From an uncultured Candidatus Saccharibacteria bacterium (GTDB lineage Bacteria; Patescibacteriota; Saccharimonadia; Saccharimonadales; 2-12-FULL-41-12), in the NCBI GenBank assembly GCA_964573095.1, contig CAZNIK010000001.1, positions 313,004 through 377,003 of the forward strand: a DNA stretch of 64,000 nucleotides, read 5' to 3'. Within the stretch, counting starts at the first letter, position 1; every line of letters starts with the position of its first letter. Positions 1 to 9,478 of the stretch are shown here, in pieces. Position numbers and translations under genes: made by a program. The notes beneath the pieces are model-generated. The model had not been told where the DNA came from, searched no databases, and saw only the letters and a program-made list of their open reading frames with translations.

Positions 1-9
1 GCTAGAATT

Positions 10-633
10 ATGCTAATGCCAAAAGGGAAAACAAACACAAAAAGTTGGTTTGATGGGAGGGCGTTTGGGTACCTTCTGTTAGTAGGTGGGGTGATAGGAG
101 TTTTTGCCTCATTTATGCTTACGGTTGATAAGTTTCGGGTACTCTCGGATCCGAACTTTAAACCAGAGTGCAGCATTAACCCAATTATCGCGTGTGGACC
201 AGTGATGAACTCGTCTCAAGGCGAAGCATTTGGTTTTCCGAACCCATTTTTGGGATTGATTGCCTTTGCTTTGGTCGCCAACCTTGGCGCACTCGTACTT
301 TCTGGGGTGCTACCAAAACGATGGTACTGGCTATCGTTTAATGTCGGTATGTTATTTGCGCTACTGTTTGTGCATTGGCTGATTCATGCAACTCTATACG
401 AAATTGGTGCGGTGTGTATTTATTGCTCAATGGTATGGGCCGTAACGATTCCCGTTTTCTGGTATACAACCCTCTATAATCTTAGAATGAAGTACTTGCC
501 AACACCCAAATCACTAGAGAAGTTGGTTGGGTTTGCCCAACGTCATCACTTTGACATTTTAATACTGTGGTTTCTGGTAATTATTGGCTTGGTGCTCAAT
601 CGATTTTGGTATTATTGGTCGACGCTGCTCTAA
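10..633 (+). CDS. Vitamin K epoxide reductase (VKOR) family membrane protein
   Basis: 207-aa ORF with several hydrophobic segments. It has a loop Cys pair (CSINPIIAC) and a CIYC redox motif, as in bacterial VKOR homologues. Confidence 0.7.
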   Translation: MLMPKGKTNTKSWFDGRAFGYLLLVGGVIGVFASFMLTVDKFRVLSDPNFKPECSINPIIACGPVMNSSQGEAFGFPNPFLGLIAFALVANLGALVLSGVLPKRWYWLSFNVGMLFALLFVHWLIHATLYEIGAVCIYCSMVWAVTIPVFWYTTLYNLRMKYLPTPKSLEKLVGFAQRHHFDILILWFLVIIGLVLNRFWYYWSTLL

Positions 634-1813
634 GCCGCTGGATCGCAATTTCAAACGATGCCTGTTTCATAGATATTTTATTTTTGGCGGCATAAGAAAG
701 AATTTCTTGGGTTGCACGTGTCAGAGTTTCGTCTAGCTCGGAGCGCACACGAGCGATGCTCCATTTCTTGGCCGTTTTGTTTTGAAGCCATTCGTAATAA
801 CTCACAATTACACCGCCGGCATTCGCGAGAATGTCGGGAATAACCGTGACTTTTCTTTTGGTTAAGGCCTCGTGTGCACGGTGATCAATTGGGCCATTTG
901 CCAACTCAAGTACGTATTTTGCACGAACATCCGAAACGTTTTTTTGGGTCACCGTATCGGCCAACGCCGCACAGACCAAAACATCGACCTCTTCACGCAG
1001 CACCGCATTGACGTCTTCTTCAAGATCAGCCTGCAGTGCTAGCTCATCAATAACCTGTCTGGAGTAACTGATTGAGGAAAAGTCAAACCCTTCTGTTGCC
1101 AGCACCGTTTTCTTGGAATTAGAGGCCGCCACAATCACAATCCCTAGCTCCTCTTGAGCAATTTTTGAGAAATAGTACCCAACATTTCCCAGCCCTTGAA
1201 TGGCAACAGTAACACCCTTGGGGTTCACGCCGTCCGCTCTTAATACTTCACGAAGCACGATGGCGCCGCCGCGACCGGTTGCTTCTTCTCGCCCTTCACT
1301 GCCACCATTTTCAAGCGACTTTCCTGTAAAACTCGCCTTGGTGGTATCTCCAGTTGTCTTTTCGTACTCGTCAACCATCCAATCGATTATTTGAGAGCTA
1401 GTATTTACGTCGGGTGCCGGCACATCTTTATCTGGTCCAAGATGCTGATGAAGTGCCTGCACATAACCACGGGCAACTTTTTCAAGGTGTGCTTGGTCAT
1501 GGGCTTTGGCGTCGATCACAACGCCGCCCTTACCGCCGCCCAGCGGAATATCAACCACTGCGGTCTTAAGACTCATCAGTGTTGCGAGCGCTTGCACCTC
1601 CTCAATATCAACCTCATGATGAAAACGAATACCGCCTTTGTAAGGACCCCGCGTATTGTCGTGCTGGACTCGGTAACCATCATATTTCTGCCCTGCCGCC
1701 TCAATGCTCACTTTGTGAACGTGATCGGGATCAAGCAAACCGTTTAGTTGTGTTTTGCTGAGGCCAAGATTGCGGCTCGCCTGCGAAATCATTGCGTGTG
1801 CTGATTTAAGCAT
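596..1813 (-). CDS. gdh: Glu/Leu/Phe/Val dehydrogenase family (glutamate dehydrogenase-like)
   Basis: [11 protein letters not shown]...PLGGGKGGV catalytic-Lys/Gly-rich motif and a GLGNVG Rossmann motif. An alternative start at 1792 (MISQ...) would remove the 8-nt overlap with sodA. Confidence 0.9.
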   Translation of the reverse strand: MLKSAHAMISQASRNLGLSKTQLNGLLDPDHVHKVSIEAAGQKYDGYRVQHDNTRGPYKGGIRFHHEVDIEEVQALATLMSLKTAVVDIPLGGGKGGVVIDAKAHDQAHLEKVARGYVQALHQHLGPDKDVPAPDVNTSSQIIDWMVDEYEKTTGDTTKASFTGKSLENGGSEGREEATGRGGAIVLREVLRADGVNPKGVTVAIQGLGNVGYYFSKIAQEELGIVIVAASNSKKTVLATEGFDFSSISYSRQVIDELALQADLEEDVNAVLREEVDVLVCAALADTVTQKNVSDVRAKYVLELANGPIDHRAHEALTKRKVTVIPDILANAGGVIVSYYEWLQNKTAKKWSIARVRSELDETLTRATQEILSYAAKNKISMKQASFEIAIQRLRAASTNNTKID

Positions 1814-2432
1814 ATTTTTTGGAAGCGTGTATCTCTAATTGACGTGCTACAAAGTCCCAGTTGACCACCTGCCACCAATTTTCTATGTAGTCTGGACGTC
1901 TATTTTGATACTTTAAATAATAGGCATGCTCCCACACATCTAAACCAAGTAGTGGACTGACTCCATCCATTATCGGCGAATCTTGGTTTGGGGTGCTGGT
2001 AATTTCAAGTTTGCCGTCTTTTTGGATTAACCACGCCCACCCGCTGCCAAATCTGCCAATGGCCGCCTCGGCAAATTTTGTCTTAAAATTGGCCAAGTCT
2101 CCAAAATCACGCTCAATCAATTCCGCAAGTTTGCCTTGCGGCTCGGGTGCAGCATCTTGACCCATCATTTGCCAAAAAAGTGAATGATTATAATGCCCGC
2201 CTCCGTTATTCCTCACCGCAACTTGCACAGCTTCTGGTAACCCCTCAAGATTTTGGAGGATTTCCTCAATCGGTTTTGTAGCCCACTCACTACCCGTTAA
2301 TGCCGCATTAAGTTTATCGATATAGGCTTGATGATGCTTGCCATGATGAATCTCCATGGTCCTCGAGTCTATGTATGGCTCCAGCGCGTCATAGCCATAT
2401 GGTAAATTTGGTAATGTAAATCCCATGTGCAT
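1806..2432 (-). CDS. sodA: Fe/Mn superoxide dismutase
   Basis: [13 protein letters not shown]...HHGKHH N-terminus and the DVWEHAYYL metal-ligand motif. Confidence 0.95.
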   Translation of the reverse strand: MHMGFTLPNLPYGYDALEPYIDSRTMEIHHGKHHQAYIDKLNAALTGSEWATKPIEEILQNLEGLPEAVQVAVRNNGGGHYNHSLFWQMMGQDAAPEPQGKLAELIERDFGDLANFKTKFAEAAIGRFGSGWAWLIQKDGKLEITSTPNQDSPIMDGVSPLLGLDVWEHAYYLKYQNRRPDYIENWWQVVNWDFVARQLEIHASKKYA

Positions 2433-2453
2433 TGCCTTTCGTTATACCACTTA

Positions 2454-3110
2454 TTATAGCGTCTTCTTTGTTGTTGAATTGTCACGACGCCAGTCTTCGA
2501 TCTTAGCGTGGTTTCCCTCCAAAAGCACACGCGGAACCTTCATCCCGCGAAATTCCTCTGGCCGAGTATAGTGTGGGTGTTCTATGGTATGACCGTCCGA
2601 AAAACTCTCTAGCTCCGCACTGGTTTCGCCACCAAGCACGCCAGGTAGCAGACGAACAACTGAGTCAACTAACACCATCGCCGGAAGCTCACCCCCCGTG
2701 ACAATGTAGTCACCAATTGAGATAGTTTGATCAATTATTGACAGCACCCGCTCATCAATCCCTTCATAGCGCCCACAGACAATAATCATCCCCTTTTTTT
2801 GATTTGCAATTTCTTGAGACACGGCTTGAGTAAGCTGTCTACCCCTTGGCCCCATATAGTAAGTTAGGGACGAGGGGTCTTGTGTTTTGGCATGCTCAAT
2901 AGCAGCAAAAAGCGGCTCGGGCTTCAATAGCATTCCGTCTCCCCCGCCGTAGACAATGTCATCTACTTGCTTTCTGTCGCCAACTCCAAAATCACGAAGA
3001 TTGATATAGCTGTAGTCAACAATACCCTTGTGTTTTGCCTTATATAGCATGCTGGCTTCGAGGGCGCTCGGAAACATGCCAGGGAAAAGGGTAATAATTT
3101 GAATTTTCAT
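2454..3110 (-). CDS. trmD: tRNA (guanine37-N1)-methyltransferase
   Basis: Full-length match to the TrmD pattern (ITLFPGMF..., GRYEGIDERV, GGELPAMVL). Confidence 0.95.
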   Translation of the reverse strand: MKIQIITLFPGMFPSALEASMLYKAKHKGIVDYSYINLRDFGVGDRKQVDDIVYGGGDGMLLKPEPLFAAIEHAKTQDPSSLTYYMGPRGRQLTQAVSQEIANQKKGMIIVCGRYEGIDERVLSIIDQTISIGDYIVTGGELPAMVLVDSVVRLLPGVLGGETSAELESFSDGHTIEHPHYTRPEEFRGMKVPRVLLEGNHAKIEDWRRDNSTTKKTL

Positions 3111-3128
3111 CTTTCTTCCATTATATAG

Positions 3129-3152
3129 AAAAACCCCAAGAAAGGGGTTTTT
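3129..3152 (-). terminator. Hairpin AAAAACCCC-N6-GGGGTTTTT downstream of the KH-domain gene
   Basis: Perfect 9-bp stem with T-runs on both strands, seen directly in the sequence. Confidence 0.5.
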
Positions 3153-3243
3153 CTATCACATAAAGCTCCCATTCATCGCTTATGAATGTCTCGCTGAGCT
3201 TTTTTGTTTTTTTGTCCCTGCTTTTTTTCAGTGACTAGATAGA

Positions 3244-3678
3244 TTATACATCAAGATCGTCAAGATCTTCTAGCTCTTTTCTGGTCTTGGCGACAACGTC
3301 GCTCTGTTTTTCCTCGACGAGCTCATCAACAACTTCATCCTCATCTTTTTTCTTGCTGACACCAGACTCTTCGCTCTTCGACCAGGCCTCATCACCCCGA
3401 TCCTCTTGCTTTCGCTGCTCGGGTGCAACTCCGTTATCGACAATTTTTAAGTTGTAGCGAGCGTCATTTTTTGTTCCTAACGCTCTTAAAAGAGTCCGCA
3501 CACTTTGGGCGGTCGCACCGCGTTTGCCAATTACCCTACCCAAATCTTCTGGGTCAACTGTCAACTCTAACAAAACACCCTTCTCGTCAATTGTTCTTGC
3601 GATTTTAACCTCGTCCGGTTTGGTTACGAGAGATTTTATAACAAACTCGACAAATTGCTCGTCAATACTCACAGGCAC
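3244..3678 (-). CDS. KH-domain RNA-binding protein (YlqC/KhpA-like) with a long acidic C-terminal tail
   Basis: The N-terminal ~75 aa match the UPF0109/KH pattern (VIGKRGATAQSVRTLL). The C-terminal ~65 aa are low-complexity and rich in E/D/K. Confidence 0.8.
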   Translation of the reverse strand: MPVSIDEQFVEFVIKSLVTKPDEVKIARTIDEKGVLLELTVDPEDLGRVIGKRGATAQSVRTLLRALGTKNDARYNLKIVDNGVAPEQRKQEDRGDEAWSKSEESGVSKKKDEDEVVDELVEEKQSDVVAKTRKELEDLDDLDV

Positions 3679-3771
3679 ACTCCTCGATTACTGTAATTTA
3701 GATTAGCACTACTATTATATCAAAACCCGAACCCATCCCTCCACATTTTCCGAAAGGTATGTAGATATCGA

Positions 3772-4869
3772 CTAGCTTCTTTGTCCAAGTAGCTGCTGTC
3801 GTTTTATAGTGGCGGCGTATTCTTTTCTTAACCAGTTGAGCCCATCAATGATCAGCTGCCTTTCGGCTTGAAACTCCTTTTTCGACATTTCAAAAAAATG
3901 CTTTTGATCTCGGCGCTGTTTTAGAGTTTTAGCGTGACCGTTAAGCCCAATTTCGGCTGCCAGCTCTATGCAGGTTTCGACCATTTGGTCAGCTTCGTAT
4001 ACTTCGTCCTCATCAAGAAGTGACGGCTCTTTTTCGATCGCATACTGTCGAACGGCATCCAAGAAGCTAGTCCCTTCTTCGGATATACGGATGTTGATAA
4101 TGTGATTATCGTAATTTTTTTTGACTTCGACATAGCGTTTCTCATACACGAGTTCGGTAAGCTTTCTTCCGAACACGTCGGGTTCCATTTCAAGTTCTGC
4201 CGCCACATCTTGAGAGCAAGGTATTTCGTTTGTTTCGAAATATAGCCAGTTACCATTATTACCTTTTCTGAGCGCTTGATCAGAAAGGTGCTCAAGAATC
4301 TTGACCGTCGTGGGCGCATACAAATATGGTCTACCTATTTTTTGCTCCGGGCCATCTTCGCTATAGCGCTCGACAGCTTCATACACCGTCTCTACTAATG
4401 AGGAGCCGCGAGCGGTGAGGCTCAGTTCACTCTCTTCATCGCCGTGCGCTTTATAAACTACGGCATTTTTAGCCTCAAGCCTTCGACTAGCAACCTTGTA
4501 GGCACTTGGGTCAGACTTTCTACCGTACAGATCGCGAACTACAAGATGCGGCCGGGGTCCCAGAATAACGCCTTGATTTTGATCCAAAGCGACCAAAATT
4601 TCTTTTTGGCAAATTCCGAGCTTGGTTTTTTTGTGATCAATATGTTCTGGAAGCGTCACATTAATTGACGCCAAAACTCGGGAGCTGAACTCCTTCAACA
4701 AACCTGGGTCGGGGTTGGTTTGGCCATTTCCGCCAAAGCCTTCATCTAACTGTTCGAGCCAAAGTTGGCCACTCACAGCTTCACCATGGCCAGCAGCAAC
4801 GCCTCGAAAATAGTTGTCGAGTTCTGGATTCCCACCGCCAGTTAGTTGTTGACTCTCTGGACTTTTCAT
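3772..4869 (-). CDS. Hypothetical protein with two winged-helix-like segments
   Basis: Long ORF. I prefer the ATG at 4869, which is preceded by AAGGGGA (SD) and TATAAT, over the GTG at 4911. Two MarR-like wHTH-looking stretches; no family recognised. Confidence 0.55.
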   Translation of the reverse strand: MKSPESQQLTGGGNPELDNYFRGVAAGHGEAVSGQLWLEQLDEGFGGNGQTNPDPGLLKEFSSRVLASINVTLPEHIDHKKTKLGICQKEILVALDQNQGVILGPRPHLVVRDLYGRKSDPSAYKVASRRLEAKNAVVYKAHGDEESELSLTARGSSLVETVYEAVERYSEDGPEQKIGRPYLYAPTTVKILEHLSDQALRKGNNGNWLYFETNEIPCSQDVAAELEMEPDVFGRKLTELVYEKRYVEVKKNYDNHIINIRISEEGTSFLDAVRQYAIEKEPSLLDEDEVYEADQMVETCIELAAEIGLNGHAKTLKQRRDQKHFFEMSKKEFQAERQLIIDGLNWLRKEYAATIKRQQLLGQRS

Positions 4870-4969
4870 ACGCAGTATCCCCTTATTATAAAAGATTCGG
4901 TTATATTCCACAAACTTGAAATATTTCTTGTGTTATAGTGAAAGCTTAAGCACGCGAGAGGAAATAGGC

Positions 4970-5230
4970 ATGCCAAATTCAAAAGATCAATCTGACCAAG
5001 AACACCAACACACACATATTCAATTCAACATTGACGTTCAAAAAACTCCCACCCTCTATGCGGATTCATACCTTATAGTCTCGAACGAAAACGCAGTCAC
5101 CCTCAATTTTGCCCAGGCAATGCCCGACCCAAAGCAACAAAACATTGTCTCGCGAGTTGCGATGAGTCGAGTCCAAGCAAAGGAATTTGTGAAAACGCTC
5201 GAAGACCATATCGCAAAATACGAAGTATAG
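4970..5230 (+). CDS. Small protein, DUF3467-like
   Basis: ATG at 4970 preceded by GAGAGGAAA. The core YADSYLIVSNENAVTLNF resembles DUF3467 as I remember it. Confidence 0.5.
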   Translation: MPNSKDQSDQEHQHTHIQFNIDVQKTPTLYADSYLIVSNENAVTLNFAQAMPDPKQQNIVSRVAMSRVQAKEFVKTLEDHIAKYEV

Positions 5231-5263
5231 GCGCGCGGCCCCACTTCTTAATCAATCCATATT

Positions 5264-5290
5264 AAAAAACCGCCCTAGAAGGCGGTTTTT
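5264..5290. terminator. Bidirectional hairpin AAAAAACCGCC-N6-GGCGGTTTTT between convergent genes
   Basis: Perfect GC-rich stem flanked by A and T runs. Confidence 0.6.
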
Positions 5291-5319
5291 AAGACTAGCT
5301 TTTTTTCTGCACTGAATTT

Positions 5320-5853
5320 TTAGGCTTTTTTGAGTTCTTTTCGAACGGTGTTGGCTTCGATCGCAGCTATTACAAGTGCAATGCCTCCTGCGATGGTACT
5401 AAGACCGATTAGCCATACCAGCGCAACAGCACCTCCCTTGGGATTCGCAAAAATGTAGAACCCAAAGAGCGTGTAGACCACTCCCGCAAATACTTGGAGC
5501 CAGTTGTTCTTTCCCTCAAAACCGGCAACCACTTGAAGCATGCCAACAGCAACTGCCCAAATAGCAATTACGGTCAGTGCGACCAATGCACTGATTTGTG
5601 GATTAGAAAAAACATAAAGCCCCGCAACGGCACTAATTACACCAACAAGAGCTGTTCCAGCCCAACTGCCTTCACGGTTTGCAAATGCCCCAACCAGCAT
5701 AACCACACCAGTGGCAAGCAAATAAACCCCTAGCACTACCAAAAATGCTTTTAGGGTGATGCCTGGCCACGCCAAAATAAGCGCACCAAAAATTACCGAC
5801 AGCGCCCCCCATAAGCCCAATGCCCACGAAGCTGCCTTTAGTTCACTTTGCAT
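5320..5853 (-). CDS. HdeD/DUF308-type membrane protein
   Basis: 177 aa with six repeated hydrophobic helices and the G/A-rich pattern typical of DUF308. Confidence 0.7.
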   Translation of the reverse strand: MQSELKAASWALGLWGALSVIFGALILAWPGITLKAFLVVLGVYLLATGVVMLVGAFANREGSWAGTALVGVISAVAGLYVFSNPQISALVALTVIAIWAVAVGMLQVVAGFEGKNNWLQVFAGVVYTLFGFYIFANPKGGAVALVWLIGLSTIAGGIALVIAAIEANTVRKELKKA

Positions 5854-5940
5854 TGTATCTCCTCCATTAGCTTTGTAATTGCACTATACCACTACGACTA
5901 ACGGATACAAACCATAAGCATTTTCGCTTGTTTGGGAGGC

Positions 5941-6111
5941 TTATTTTTCTACCCGAACGTCTTTAAACGGCGCTCTGTTAGATTTTACGTTTATGAACTT
6001 GCCGGTTTTGGTATCTCTCTCTACATAGCGCTTATTTTTCGGATTGAACGTTTGTGATCGGCCACGAATGCGCCCCACTCTGCCGTGTCCTTTTGGTCCA
6101 TTCTTTGCCAT
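5941..6111 (-). CDS. Small basic protein (56 aa), hypothetical
   Basis: Not in the ORF track because it is under 60 aa. ATG preceded by GGAGGAGGGAG. Translation: MAKNGPKGHGRVGRIRGRSQTFNPKNKRYVERDTKTGKFINVKSNRAPFKDVRVEK. Confidence 0.5.
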   Translation of the reverse strand: MAKNGPKGHGRVGRIRGRSQTFNPKNKRYVERDTKTGKFINVKSNRAPFKDVRVEK

Positions 6112-6194
6112 AACTCCCTCCTCCTTTAGAATTTATGAATTGCGTATTATTTGATTCACATACATCAGTAGCTGCTTCCATCACTATTTTATCA

Positions 6195-6219
6195 ATTTCT
6201 CAAGATTATTTTGAGAAAT
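6195..6219. promoter_or_regulatory. Perfect inverted repeat ATTTCTCAA-N7-TTGAGAAAT, 30 nt upstream of the nuclease start
   Basis: Read directly from the sequence. Its function (operator or hairpin) is unknown. Confidence 0.3.
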
Positions 6220-6248
6220 CTTATATTTTTTCGTGATAGGCTTTATTC

Positions 6249-7199
6249 ATGGAATCAAAGTCTTGGCACAACCCCGTCTTCAAAAAACTTGCAGCTTCTG
6301 AGCTGGGTGGAAGCGGTGGGCATACTTCTGGGATTGTGCCGATAAATAGTACCCGAAGCTATTTTGGAACACCCAAAAAGCCAGCGACGCACAAAATACA
6401 CCAAATTGTAATTGAGTTTTGGCACGACGATGCCAGTAAAACGATTACAACAAATGTGAACTATCATGTCGCACCGACACACCGCCGCCAATATCATGTT
6501 ACGGGTAATATTTTTCCTGCCTACAAGAAAGCTGGGGCCAAAGTTGGGGACATTGTGGTTTTCTGGAAATCACGGAATAACGAAAATGACTTTAAAGCAG
6601 AGCTTATTGCCAAGAATTCCGCACGTTGGATCGAAGCAGAAAAAAACGGCAGCAGCTTGTCTTCTAAAGGGGGCACACTCCGACTAAGCCCTCCTGGGTT
6701 GATAAATTCAATGGACTTTGCGGTTCTCGATGATACGAGTGATTATGCAATTGTCTCTGATATCGAAGACACGTTTACTGACAATAGCTTTCCGACGGTC
6801 CCGCGCGAAGGAAGAAAAAAGCAAGGTGAGAGATATGTGACCTATCGCAGTAAGCGAAAAGGAGATTACGCACTAAAAAAACAGGCTTACGTGTGTCAAA
6901 TTGAATCGAGCCACAAAACCTTCACAACCCCAGCCGGCGTTCCCTATATGGAAAAACACCACCTTATCTCAATGAAGTTTTACGAGGAGTACACCAACGA
7001 TCTGGATGATATCCATAATATCGTTAGCCTGTGTCCGACCTGCCACAGAAAAATTCACTACGGGAAAAAGTCGGAAGTTTCTGACATGCTTGAATTATTA
7101 TTCAAAAAACAAAGTCCAATGCTCGAACGTGCAGGCTTCTTCATCAGTTTGACGGAGCTCAAGAAAAAATACGGAGTAGGCTTACGTCCCCTTTTGTAG
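6249..7199 (+). CDS. Putative restriction endonuclease: EcoRII-N/B3-like DNA-binding domain plus C-terminal HNH nuclease
   Basis: The N-terminal FKKLAASELGGSGGHTSGIVPI resembles the EcoRII N-domain motif (K-L-S-A-N-D-T-G-x-x-G-G-H-Q-x-G-x-x-I-P, from memory). The C-terminus has HHLIS...N-x8-LCPTCHRKIH (HNH). It is convergent with, and overlaps, an m5C methyltransferase gene. Confidence 0.7.
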   Translation: MESKSWHNPVFKKLAASELGGSGGHTSGIVPINSTRSYFGTPKKPATHKIHQIVIEFWHDDASKTITTNVNYHVAPTHRRQYHVTGNIFPAYKKAGAKVGDIVVFWKSRNNENDFKAELIAKNSARWIEAEKNGSSLSSKGGTLRLSPPGLINSMDFAVLDDTSDYAIVSDIEDTFTDNSFPTVPREGRKKQGERYVTYRSKRKGDYALKKQAYVCQIESSHKTFTTPAGVPYMEKHHLISMKFYEEYTNDLDDIHNIVSLCPTCHRKIHYGKKSEVSDMLELLFKKQSPMLERAGFFISLTELKKKYGVGLRPLL

Positions 7200-8237
7200 G
7201 CGAGGGCTGTTGGTAAATAGAGTTTCGAGCACGCTTTTTGCAACGTTAAGCGTTATTGCGTTGCCGGCCTGTCGATAAAGCTGTGTGTCAGAAACGCCGA
7301 CTTTCTGAGCCTTCTCAGCAAAAGAATCATCAAATCCCTGCAAACGAAATGCTTCTTTTGGTGTTAATTTTCTGATTCTATCGTGACCATTTTGGGCGGG
7401 TAGTACCTTTTGCCCATCAAACGCGCCTTGAATAAAGTTGTCAGAATAATAGTTATCTTGATTGGCTCTGTGCATCTTATGCATCGTTGCCGTAAGTGGT
7501 CTGGCGTGAATTCTGTTAATTTCTGATTTCGAATAATAGCCACCGCTGCCGTGTTCCAAAATGGTTTTTATCATTTTTTTTGAAAGGTAATATTTTTCAT
7601 CCACTTCGCGCTCCAAAAGATGCCACACAGTTTTGTACTGAGTTTTGCTGATTGGCTGATCAAATTGAGCATTAGAAATATAACGGAAATCTTTTTTTCT
7701 TTTGACGCCAATAAAGTAGAGTCTCCGTCTGTGTTGTGGCACCCCAAAATCAATACTATTAAGAAGCTCGGTTCTCAAGTTATAGCCAAGTTCCTCAGTT
7801 AATATTTTTACTATTCTCTGGTAGGTTTTGCCTTGGTCGTGCGTTTTTATTCCCCTCACATTCTCCAAGATGAAAAAGTCTGGTTTTTTTACCGACAGAA
7901 TCTTTGCTATTTGGAAAAATAATGTGCCTCGGGCGTCTTCAAAACCGGCCTTGTCTCCCATTAAGCTAAAAGGCTGGCAAGGGAAGCCTGCAAAAAGTAC
8001 ATCAAATTGTGGAATACTTTTTATGTCCGCCAAGGAAAGTTTAGAAATATCACCGATTGGCACCTCGTTTTTATGAAGTCGAAAGTTCGCATGATAGGTT
8101 TTCAGTGCGTGGGCATCTATCTCACTAAAGCCAACGCATTCTGTCGCAAACCCAATATGTTTTGCTGTTTGCTCAATCGCGGCGCGGAACCCGCCAACAC
8201 CTGCAAACAAATCTACATACCGAATTGGCTTTGTCAT
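7182..8237 (-). CDS. DNA (cytosine-5)-methyltransferase (M2)
   Basis: Motifs I DLFAGVGG, IV GFPCQPFS, VI ENV, VIII QHRRRLYFIG and X GNAITLNV. I prefer the ATG at 8237 (MTKPIRY); the track start at 8285 overlaps the upstream gene. Confidence 0.9.
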   Translation of the reverse strand: MTKPIRYVDLFAGVGGFRAAIEQTAKHIGFATECVGFSEIDAHALKTYHANFRLHKNEVPIGDISKLSLADIKSIPQFDVLFAGFPCQPFSLMGDKAGFEDARGTLFFQIAKILSVKKPDFFILENVRGIKTHDQGKTYQRIVKILTEELGYNLRTELLNSIDFGVPQHRRRLYFIGVKRKKDFRYISNAQFDQPISKTQYKTVWHLLEREVDEKYYLSKKMIKTILEHGSGGYYSKSEINRIHARPLTATMHKMHRANQDNYYSDNFIQGAFDGQKVLPAQNGHDRIRKLTPKEAFRLQGFDDSFAEKAQKVGVSDTQLYRQAGNAITLNVAKSVLETLFTNSPRLQKGT

Positions 8238-8244
8238 GGCTCTA

Positions 8245-9402
8245 CTATACCAACCTTTCCATAAGCTTTTTTGCAATAAGCTCACTTAACAGAGGTGGTA
8301 CTGCGTTACCGATTTGGTTGTACCACTGAGAGTATGGCCCCTCAAAAATATAGTCGTCTGGGAAGCTTTGAACTCGAGCCGCCTCTCTGGGCGTAAGGCC
8401 ACGCGCTTCGTAAGGATGAATGTACATGTTACAGTCAAATTTCATGTGGGAAGTGATTGTTTTGCACACTTTATTGGGATCAAGTTTAAAATATTTGTCT
8501 TTGAATATATGCGAACGACTTTTATAAGGCATTATGTGAGCAATGCTTTGGTGGTCAGATTTTCCACCTGGCGGTAAAAGTTTATAGATTTCCAGATCAC
8601 GAGGGTTGTTATATCGCGCCTTATGATTATAGGCGTACAGAGGGGGGGTGCCATGATTGATCCTCGCAATGTAGTTATTTGGCGGTGAGCGTGAAAAGAT
8701 TTTGTCCTTAAAAAACCCACTGTGGGCTGCTTCAATACTTGTATTGCCCTTTTCTCGCCTTGCCGATAGCCTTCTTAGTCCCCACAGTGCGTCTTTGAGG
8801 GGGACTACAGTGGCTGTCTTGGCGCGCTCAATGTCTACGAAAAGCTGACGCAATTGTTGACGAGGATTTGGTAGTTCATCCTTCTTGATGCCAATGTATA
8901 TAAGCCGTTCACGATTTTGCGGTATGCCATAATCTTTGGCGTTTAAAACAACATAATCTGCCATATACCCAATCGCATTAAATGCATCCACCACCACCGG
9001 TGCCACCGACAGCATTCCCTTGACGTTTTCCATAAGAATAATCTTAGGCTTTGTTATTTCAATCGCGTTGATGAATTTTTTAAATAACACATTTCGCGGA
9101 TCATTCAATAAGCGCTGACGGTTGGCCATGCTAAAGCCTTGACACGGTGGCCCACCAACTACAACTGAGATATTGGTTTTCCGCAGTATATCTGTATGTT
9201 TGTCGATAAAATCATCAATATCACTATGGATAATTTTTTCTGCGTTTGCCAAGGGGTGGTTTTTTCGATAGGTAAGGACCGAGGAGAGATCGTTGTCATT
9301 TGCCAAAAAAATCTCAAAACCAGCACGACTAAACCCAAGAGACAGCCCACCGGGACCACAAAATAAATCTACAACAAGAGGTTGTTTTGTTTTTTTCGTC
9401 AT
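8245..9402 (-). CDS. DNA (cytosine-5)-methyltransferase (M1)
   Basis: Motifs I DLFCGPGG, IV GGPPCQGFS, VI ENV, VIII QNRERLIYIG and X GNAVPPLL. Confidence 0.9.
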   Translation of the reverse strand: MTKKTKQPLVVDLFCGPGGLSLGFSRAGFEIFLANDNDLSSVLTYRKNHPLANAEKIIHSDIDDFIDKHTDILRKTNISVVVGGPPCQGFSMANRQRLLNDPRNVLFKKFINAIEITKPKIILMENVKGMLSVAPVVVDAFNAIGYMADYVVLNAKDYGIPQNRERLIYIGIKKDELPNPRQQLRQLFVDIERAKTATVVPLKDALWGLRRLSARREKGNTSIEAAHSGFFKDKIFSRSPPNNYIARINHGTPPLYAYNHKARYNNPRDLEIYKLLPPGGKSDHQSIAHIMPYKSRSHIFKDKYFKLDPNKVCKTITSHMKFDCNMYIHPYEARGLTPREAARVQSFPDDYIFEGPYSQWYNQIGNAVPPLLSELIAKKLMERLV

Positions 9403-9478
9403 TGTCTACAATTATAGTCTAGGCTGACACAAAAAGTCAGGGGCGATTCTTACTTTCCAATTGCATATCCAAAATAGG

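Noticed and set aside
596-633. 38-nt convergent overlap of the VKOR and gdh 3' ends as a possible antisense regulatory arrangement
   Set aside because: Short convergent overlaps are common in this compact genome (several 1-56 nt overlaps occur in this window). Nothing else supports regulation.
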